Source: Diplonema japonicum
Lineage: Eukaryota; Protista; Euglenozoa: Diplonemea
Length of the DNA: 64,000 nucleotides
NCBI GenBank assembly: GCA_964019335.1
Contig: OZ025729.1
Span: forward strand, 1 to 64,000
Direction: 5' to 3'
Within the stretch, counting starts at the first letter, position 1. Every line of letters begins with the position of its first letter. This document shows positions 56,446-64,000 of this stretch, one piece after another. The notes beneath the pieces are model-generated. The model worked only from the letters and a program-made list of their open reading frames with translations. It did no database searches and was not told the DNA's origin. Made by a program: the position numbers and the translations under genes.

Positions 56446-57090
56446 CTATCAGGTAGTCTTTTCTGACAGATTTTCTGGTTCTATTGGGGTGTCTTGTTGG
56501 GTTAGGTTATTTTTTAAAACAACCTGCCAATAAAGTACACGGGGGGGAAATACAAAGAATGAGAAAGGTAAGTTATAAAGGAAAGAAAAATGACAGATGG
56601 ACCATTACTAGGCCAAGTACAGGTGCCCTTTGTGAAAAAAATCTTTTTTTCTGAGGTAAAATATCACTATTCAGGTGTTTTTGACAATTTTTTTTGTGAG
56701 GAAAAAAATTCTTTGGGCACTTTTTTTGACCCATGACCATCTCACTTTCACTATTAGCCTTATTAAGGTCTAGAATAGGTATTTTTGAGGGGAAAAAAAT
56801 TTTTTTTTGAGAAAAAATCAATTTAAGGGTGTTTTTGGCCACTTTTTTTGGGAGGAAAAACAATTTTTTTGGACACTTTTTTTTTTTTTTCCAGCACCCC
56901 ATGCACCCAATAAAGTACAGTAAAAAAAAAGGGGGGTAAATACAAAGAATGAGAAGGGTAAGTCATAAAGGTGAGAAAACCAACAGATAGCCCATTACTA
57001 GGCCTGATATAGGTACCCTTATGGAAAAAAATCAATTTTTCTGAGGTAAAAAACCACTTTTCAGGTGTTTTTGACCACTTGTTCATGTGA
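55490..57090. repeat. About 390-bp A/T-tract-rich repeat units in a higher-order duplication
   Basis: Units marked by ccaataaagtaca at 55574, 55964, 56528 and 56908. Segment 55491-56147 is repeated at 56445-57090. Confidence 0.9.
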
Positions 57091-57668
57091 AATAACTATT
57101 TATTGCCAACAAATAATGAGTCATTATTTAACTCGAGTTCCCGAATTTTTTGCACGAGGGCCTGCAGGGCCCGAGTGCAAAAAAACGGGTAACGAGTGTT
57201 AAATAATGGCTCATTTGGCGGCAAGTAAGTCGTTTTATTTCACTCTTCGTCATTTGAGTCACTCACTCTTCACTGCTTTCACTGCTGTTTTTTTTCACAC
57301 AGGTCAGCTTTTTGGGGATTTTCCTAAGGTAATACAGGGTAGCTATTTCGCCGTGGCATTTAAAGGGGAAGTAAGGCACTTATTCCCACTTTTAAGGGCT
57401 GGAATGGCCTCAGATGGCCAAAAATAGTCAAAATACCCCCACCCCAAAAAAATTTTTCAAGGGGTTGGGTGCATTTTTTTCCACGACAAGACCCATTTTT
57501 TCACTCTGAAGGGCCATTATTTAACTGCAAAATCTCATTATTTAACTAGTTAAATAATGGCGATTTCGCGTTAAATAATGGCCGTTTCGCGTTAAATAAT
57601 GGCCATTTCGCGTTAAATAATGAGGCCCCTAGTGAGTGAAGAAAATGACGAAGAGTGAAATAAAATAA
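57086..57668. mobile_element. Palindromic MITE-like element (CpG intact)
   Basis: Long hairpin centred on gggcctgcagggccc (about 57110-57216). ttatttcactcttcgtcatt pairs with aatgacgaagagtgaaataa. Three ttaaataatgg..tttcgcg tandem units. Confidence 0.72.
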
Positions 57669-57752
57669 TTTTTTTTGGGCACCTTTTTTTTTTGATGTGC
57701 AATGTGCTTTCATTCACTGGTATACCTTACTTAGTGTGGGAACTCCTTGAAT

Positions 57753-59018
57753 ATGAGCATCATGGTGTACATCCGAACGCCTTCTGAGAGGTATGAAGTT
57801 GAAATAAGCAGTGGTGAGACAATGCAGTGTTTGTATGAGAAGGCTGCCAGTGCCGCTGAGATGGAACCAGAGTGCTTTTGCTTGAGACACGAGGGGGCCG
57901 AGTTGGACAGGAACAGCACAGAAGAGGTACAGGACACAGCCCTTGTGGAGGGGTGCGAGGTGGTAGTGGCAAGTGTTGACAGCATTCATGTTGGTGTGGA
58001 AGATTTAGGGTCACAAACATTTCGCCACATGCTTCAAAAGCGACTGGGCTCCGACCCTGGCCTGCTTCTTACAGTAGACGTGTCCGGGCCGTGTGTGTTG
58101 GAACTTTGTGAAGAAGATCTTAAAAAGGTGAAGCACCTGAGATTAACGGACCATTCGGGGACTGTGACCTGTCTGAAGGCAATTCGTTGCAGTACCCTTG
58201 TCACTGCCAACTTCGACATGCCCAATGTCACCAGTATTGGGGATGGGTTTCTTAAGTCTTCTGTGAATCTCACTTCCCTGAACCTCACTGCAATGAGGAG
58301 AGTGTCCCTGATTGGGAAGGGCTTTCTCGAGTATTGTCAGTCGCTCACGGTGGTGGACCTTTCACCCCTCTGTGGCTTGTCTGAGATCCCAGAGTGTTTC
58401 ATGGCAGGCTGTGTGTCTTTGCAGTCCATCGACCTAGCACCCTTCAAGAAGGTTTCAAGGATCCGTGGGTGGTTTTTATCTGACTGCAGGTCGTTGAAGG
58501 AGATCGACACCACACCCATGCTGGACACAAGGGGTGTAGGCTGCTTCTCGTGTCACGAGGTCTTAGTGAGTGTTTTACGTTTTGTGTGGAGATTCCTCAA
58601 CTGTTGTTTCACCTTCGACTTTGAGCCCCTCAGCTTGGGGCTCACACCCGGTCAAGACAGAAAAGAGATCGGCCGTGACTTCATGAGCTACTGTTCCTCC
58701 CTCACTTCTGTTGACCTCACAGGCCTCCGGGGTGTGTGGCTCGACAAGGCTTGCTTTTTGAGAGGCTGCACACAACTTAAGCAGATAGACCTTACCCCAC
58801 TTAAAGGCTCACGCATCGGTGACATCGATGGTGCACTGGCGTCTGAAGTGAGCCGCAGACAAGCACGCCGCACCATGATAAACAGGATTAACTTTTTTAT
58901 AGCTTGTGCTCAGATTCTATGCATCGACACTTGGGTGACGCGAATGAATGTGGTGACTGTGGCTTGGATCTTGACTGTGACTTGGATCTTGATGATGGTG
59001 CACCTGGAGTGTTTTTAA
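57753..59018 (+). CDS. Ubl-LRR family protein D with hydrophobic C-terminus
   Basis: MSIMVYIRTPSERYEVEI..LYEKA..LRHEG..LVEGCEV Ubl, 25-aa LRRs, and a TM-like tail VVTVAWILTVTWILMMV. Confidence 0.88.
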   Translation: MSIMVYIRTPSERYEVEISSGETMQCLYEKAASAAEMEPECFCLRHEGAELDRNSTEEVQDTALVEGCEVVVASVDSIHVGVEDLGSQTFRHMLQKRLGSDPGLLLTVDVSGPCVLELCEEDLKKVKHLRLTDHSGTVTCLKAIRCSTLVTANFDMPNVTSIGDGFLKSSVNLTSLNLTAMRRVSLIGKGFLEYCQSLTVVDLSPLCGLSEIPECFMAGCVSLQSIDLAPFKKVSRIRGWFLSDCRSLKEIDTTPMLDTRGVGCFSCHEVLVSVLRFVWRFLNCCFTFDFEPLSLGLTPGQDRKEIGRDFMSYCSSLTSVDLTGLRGVWLDKACFLRGCTQLKQIDLTPLKGSRIGDIDGALASEVSRRQARRTMINRINFFIACAQILCIDTWVTRMNVVTVAWILTVTWILMMVHLECF

Positions 59019-59095
59019 CAGTCTATTGAGTGTTTTCTTTTTTCTTTTTGTATCCCCCCTTTCTTTTTAAAACTAATATATCCAAATCAAAAGAC

Positions 59096-60058
59096 ATGAG
59101 CATCACGGTGCACATCCGGACGCCTGACGGTGTGCACAGCATCGACTTGGATGGCTGCGACACAGTTAAGACACTGCATGAGAAAACAGCCACGGCCACT
59201 GGGTTCAAGACCCACAAGTTCTCCTTAGACTGGGAAGGTGCCACACTTCAAAGCAGCAACGAACCCGTGTGGCAAAGCGGGCTGGCGAACGGGAGCTGCT
59301 TGGCACTGGTGAAAACAGTCAAACTACATATAACAGCCGCGGACTTGTTGAAAGAAACGCAGGCCATCAAGGAACAAGCGATAGATGCCCCTGGCATGAC
59401 CCTGGTGATCGATGCATCGTCACAAGGCCAAAACACAACGCTGATGATAGATGGGTCTTCCTTCCCAAATGAGGTCGCAAGGGTGGTCTTCACGGACCAT
59501 GGCACGGTGGATACGATTGGTGATAATTTCTTGTGCGATACATCAGTGATGGAGGTGGAGTTCATGGGCTTTACAGGTGTCTCGAGACTGGGAACGAATT
59601 TTCTCCGCGGCAACAAATTTCTTCAGGGCCTTGACCTTGGGCCACTGTCTAATGTCAAATTTATCGGGTGTGGGTTTCTCAGTCGTTGTACTAGGCTGGC
59701 TTCTCTCGTCCTGCCTCCCCACGCGATCCACATCAACATGGAGTTCCTTTATGGGTGTTGTGCCCTCACCACACTTGACCTGACCCCACTCCGAGCTGTC
59801 GAGGTTATTCAGCACAGATTCATGGCAGGCTGCTCTGGGCTCACCCACCTTGACTTGACACCCCTTGCCTCAGTACAGCATATTGGAGGTTATTTCCTCT
59901 GTAATTGTGTGGGGCTGCGTGCTTTGGACATCTCACCCTTGAAGGATGTCGGCTTTATTGGGAGTGACTTTCTCGGTGGGTGTCCTAGGCTGAAAGAAGC
60001 CCAGGTTTTACAGGCCCATTGGAAAGGTCTCAGTTTGTGGTCGTCCTGGCCTCCTTAG
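59096..60058 (+). CDS. Ubl-LRR family protein E
   Basis: MSITVHIRTPDGVHSIDLDGCDTVKTL..LDWEG Ubl and LRRs LDLTPLxxVxxIGxxFLxxCxxL. Confidence 0.88.
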   Translation: MSITVHIRTPDGVHSIDLDGCDTVKTLHEKTATATGFKTHKFSLDWEGATLQSSNEPVWQSGLANGSCLALVKTVKLHITAADLLKETQAIKEQAIDAPGMTLVIDASSQGQNTTLMIDGSSFPNEVARVVFTDHGTVDTIGDNFLCDTSVMEVEFMGFTGVSRLGTNFLRGNKFLQGLDLGPLSNVKFIGCGFLSRCTRLASLVLPPHAIHINMEFLYGCCALTTLDLTPLRAVEVIQHRFMAGCSGLTHLDLTPLASVQHIGGYFLCNCVGLRALDISPLKDVGFIGSDFLGGCPRLKEAQVLQAHWKGLSLWSSWPP

Positions 60059-60277
60059 GTGCCGATTTTAGATATGTGGACCCACCTTTTATTTTTCCTT
60101 ACCTGCTATATGCGGGACAATACAGTTTAGTCCCATACACACCATTCCTTTTCTTCCCCCCCTCCTTTTTTTTTTCTTCTTTGCTAAAAAAAAAAATATA
60201 AAAAAAAACACACACACAAAAAAAGGAGGGGGGAAGGGGGAAAAGGAGGGAGGGAAGGGGGGGGGGGGAAGGGAAAC

Positions 60278-60838
60278 ATGCCGTTCACAGTTTTGGAGGA
60301 AGAACAAGAAATGGTGTCGCGGAGTGCGTGCCTGGAGGCAACGATAGAGGACCTACTGCTTGACATACAGAAAGGCGACCCCGAGAGAGTGAAAGAGCTG
60401 ATGGATGCCAACGGCCTCGGCCTCATGTGGCGTGATGAGGTAGGTGCGTGTGGGCGCACAGCGCTGCAAGTAGCATGCAGCTTCAACAATGTGTATGTGG
60501 TGGACCTCTTGATAAAATATGGGTGGTCAGTCCACAACACCGACTGCAGAGAGCGGGCCCCTCTGCACTACGCCGCCCTGAACGGGTGCACTGATGTGGC
60601 GCACCTTCTTCTCTCGCAAGGTGCAAGCTTTAAGTGCCAAGACAAATGGGGCCAGACACCCCTTCACCTTTCTTCCCAGTACGGTTACACAACCATGTGC
60701 CAAATGTTACTCGATGCTGGTTCAGACGGACGGAAGAAAGACGCTACTGGACTAACACCACTTGAGGTGGCCGCTACCCCTGCTGTGAGGGAGTTTATTC
60801 AGGAATCGATGAAGTCCATGAAAAGCATTAATAGATAG
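60278..60838 (+). CDS. Small ankyrin-repeat protein
   Basis: GRTALQVAC, APLHYAALNG, GQTPLHLSSQYG and GLTPLEVA. Confidence 0.9.
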   Translation: MPFTVLEEEQEMVSRSACLEATIEDLLLDIQKGDPERVKELMDANGLGLMWRDEVGACGRTALQVACSFNNVYVVDLLIKYGWSVHNTDCRERAPLHYAALNGCTDVAHLLLSQGASFKCQDKWGQTPLHLSSQYGYTTMCQMLLDAGSDGRKKDATGLTPLEVAATPAVREFIQESMKSMKSINR

Positions 60839-61164
60839 GGAGTGGGGGGGGTTTTTTTTTTTTCTCTTTTTCTTTTCTCTGCTTTCTTCTTTTCTTTTTC
60901 CTTTTTTTTTTTTTTATATTGTGCCGAGTAAGATGGTTTGGGCGGGTGGTGGTTTCCCCTCCCCCCTCTTTCTTTTACTTGAGCAGGCGAAAAAAAAAAA
61001 GAAAAAAAAAAGTAAAATAAAGAAAAGTGACATATTATCCCCCCCCCTTTTTTTTCCCGCTTTTTTGCTTTTAGCAGGTGGGAAAAAAAAAAAAAAAAAG
61101 ATTGCCTTTCTTCTTATCGCCTACGAATAACTCTTTTAAAGTGACTATTTTATTTCTCTTTTGG

Positions 61165-61211
<47 letters not shown>

Positions 61212-61481
61212 TCCGACTATTATTCCGTGATAACCCTGAACTCAAGGACCTATGAGAAGTAAGCATTTCTTGTACGCGAAAACAGTAGGATGTGTCCTCT
61301 TTTTTTTTTTTTTCCCCCCTTTTTTTCTTTCTTTTGCATCATTACAACTTTTTTTATTTTATTTCTTTATGGTATCGTGAAAGAAAAAATAAAAAGAAGA
61401 AAATAAAAAATAATTCCCAAAGGAAAAAAAAAAAAGAAAAATCCCTCATCCTTCCGTGGGGTTAGGAGAAGGGAAAAAAAA

Positions 61482-61514
<33 letters not shown>

Positions 61515-62478
61515 ACAAACAAAAAGAAATAAACTGCCCCTTTGCCATTGGCCCAACAAAAGGGTATGCATGAGTAAAGGTGGGCCGAAAAAGAAAAAGA
61601 AAAAAGGAAACAAAAGTTGATCACTGCCTCACTTGCCTTCCTTTAAAAAAGAGGGGGAAAAAATGAGGAAAAGGTGAAGGAAAAAAAAAAAAAAGAGAAA
61701 AAAACCCCTCCATCCATACTGCATATTGTAACCCTCTTAATTCTGCCCCCTGAAATAATTTCACATTGATGTCTTGCAGATCCAGCAAACATTGTTTGAT
61801 TGAAAGGAATAACCTGCTCCTTTTCAACCATTTTACCGATAAACAGGAAATGAATTAATAGGTCTACAGTATTTCTTCTTCTTCTTTTTTTTTTTTTTTT
61901 TAAAGTTTCTTTTTTTCTATTGTGTCCTATCTGCACCTCTTCCCTTCCCACCCCCCTTTTTTTTACGTTCTTTTTTTTTTCTTATTCATTTTATTTATTT
62001 ATTTTCTGTGGAGTCCTAGCTTTCTCTTTCTGACCGTTTCTCTCACTCTTCCCATCCCTCCCCCCATCTTTGTGTAACCAAAATATGCGAGAAAAAAAAG
62101 AAAAAAAAAAAAAAACTCGTATTGACGTGAGCAGTTTTCTCGTTCCGGCTGATCTGGGCTACCCATGCGAATCTTGCTCTTCGCATTAGGCCATTATTAT
62201 TATTATTATTTTTTTTTTTTTTTTAGGATAAAAGTTTTGTTAGGATTTTTTAAGGATATTGTAATGCCCACGTCCCCAGCGTGCTTCGGGTTTATTCTTT
62301 GTACTCCAGTGCACAAAAAAACTTCGGGAGTGGATTTTTTTTTTTTTTTTTTTTTTTTTTTGAAAGGCAATCCTGAGAAATAGCCTTAAAACTTGTATGG
62401 TTGGGTATAAAAAAAAAAAAAAAAGAAGAAGCATGTTGCACCCTCTTGGGGGGAGCAGAAAGCCACCTATCCTTGGGG

Positions 62479-62511
<33 letters not shown>

Positions 62512-62770
62512 AAAGGTGCCGTATTTGGACTTAATATGAAACGGAAAAAGTTTTTCGCCGTTTACACCCGCCTGGTGCCGCAGAGACAAACGGAAAAAAA
62601 AAAAAAAAATAATAAACAAACAAGAAATCATCCCCTAGTTTCCTGGAAGAAAGTTCCAAAATCAATCAGTTTTTTGAAATCGAAAAAAGTCATAATTTAT
62701 CCGTTTTTCAAACCATTTCTTTTTTGACGTTTTTTTTTCCCAACTACGGTAACCCTAACAAAAAAGAAAG

Positions 62771-62811
<41 letters not shown>

Positions 62812-63251
62812 TACTTACTGCCAACAAGTATCGGGTTTATCATCACCTCTCGAGGGACGGTACAGTCGATCCTTGGCGGCTGGTAGGTGGTTTAAGTTCA
62901 TGACACTCTGGAATTACTTCACCATCTGAGGCATATTATTTACCCGAACCCCCCCCCCCCCCCCCCGAAGTAATTTCAGAAGAATGAAATAATAATAAAA
63001 ACACACACACACACTTTTTTTCTCTCCCCCCCCTTTTTATTTATTTTTCTTTCTTGTTTCACTATTTTGTTTTCTTGCCGACTACCACTCCAAAGTCAGC
63101 GAGATGCTGTTTTTATTTATTTCACCACCCCTTTATGCACTCCCCCCATCAAATCGTCGTGTATTGCCCCCCCCCCCCCCCCCCCCCCCCCTCTGTTTTT
63201 TCTTCTTTTTGTTGTGCTCCGTCTCACCCATCTACAATTTTGAAGTTTTGG

Positions 63252-63292
<41 letters not shown>

Positions 63293-64000
63293 CATGCACC
63301 CTGTGGTCACTCTATCCACCACCCCTGAGGACAGTACAGTCTACACGGCACTACGGGAACAGTGCCAAGCGGCTTACAAGGTAAGAGTTGAGAGACAGAA
63401 AAAAGGCAGTTCACCGACATTTTGGGTCCCGAGCCGCGACACAGGGAACGAAGAGTGCACCCTCGACAAATGGGCAAGACTCGTGTACAAAGAGATGATA
63501 GGAGAGAAGGAAGGGGGCGCCGAATGGTGGGTTCTAGATCTGGACGGAGACGGCTGTGTGAAATGGCACTGGGACGGCGATTGGGAGTCGCTAGCACTGG
63601 GCCGCACACCTCCTGTTGCTACTGTAACTTATCTAACAACAGGTGGGTGTTGCACATCAGTGGTCAAGGCGAATCAGATGAAGGAAACAGATAGAAGTGA
63701 GAGCTTTTGGCTCTCCCCGCCAGTGGTCTCGAGACGGTTAGTCTTTGATGGTGCGGACCTGCACGGGTCGTTCCCTTCTGTGGGGTTCCCCCCGCACGCT
63801 TCTTGCCGGGTAACATTTCTCGTGAATTGTTGGGTAGGCCACCGCCCACACACGACGTGGTCCTTCCCGCCCGCTGCCATCCCATCTCTCCCGGTGTTCC
63901 CCTTCCCGTTGTCGTTGCTCCCTACATACCCTACCATCCTTCCTACTCGCAGCATCCACCCCACAGCGCTGCCGTTTATACAGCGGCATACTAAGTTCGG

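Noticed and set aside
55540-56510. gggttagg telomere-like words
   Set aside because: Single isolated occurrences within a duplicated segment, not tandem arrays.

Overview
Eukaryotic genomic DNA, very probably a euglenozoan of the diplonemid type. The evidence is a 39-nt spliced-leader (SL) sequence at 1203-1241, intron-poor genes in long same-strand blocks (minus strand 4-49 kb, plus strand from 57.7 kb), homopolymer-rich spacers, and CRE-type and VIPER/TATE-type retroelements. Protein-coding genes: a receptor-type adenylate cyclase, ankyrin proteins, a MINPP/phytase-like phosphatase, a cyclophilin, a MABP-mucin-multipass receptor, a SH3/KOW-like repeat protein, a transmembrane STE11-like kinase, a questin-oxidase-family protein, a J-domain protein, a lid-less HSP90 paralogue, a core methionine synthase, a dCMP deaminase, and five intact members (plus two relics) of a ubiquitin-like-domain + 25-aa LRR family. 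Two observations stand out. First, in the longest Ubl-LRR gene, 17 near-identical 75-bp repeats vary mainly at one di-residue, always coded NRT-NRC. Second, the divergent strand-switch region (about 49.3-57.7 kb) is a nest of transposon relics that has lost almost all CpG through CG>TG/CA changes, while copies of the same repeats elsewhere in the window keep their CpGs. All calls come from reading the sequence and recognising motifs by eye; no database searches were run.
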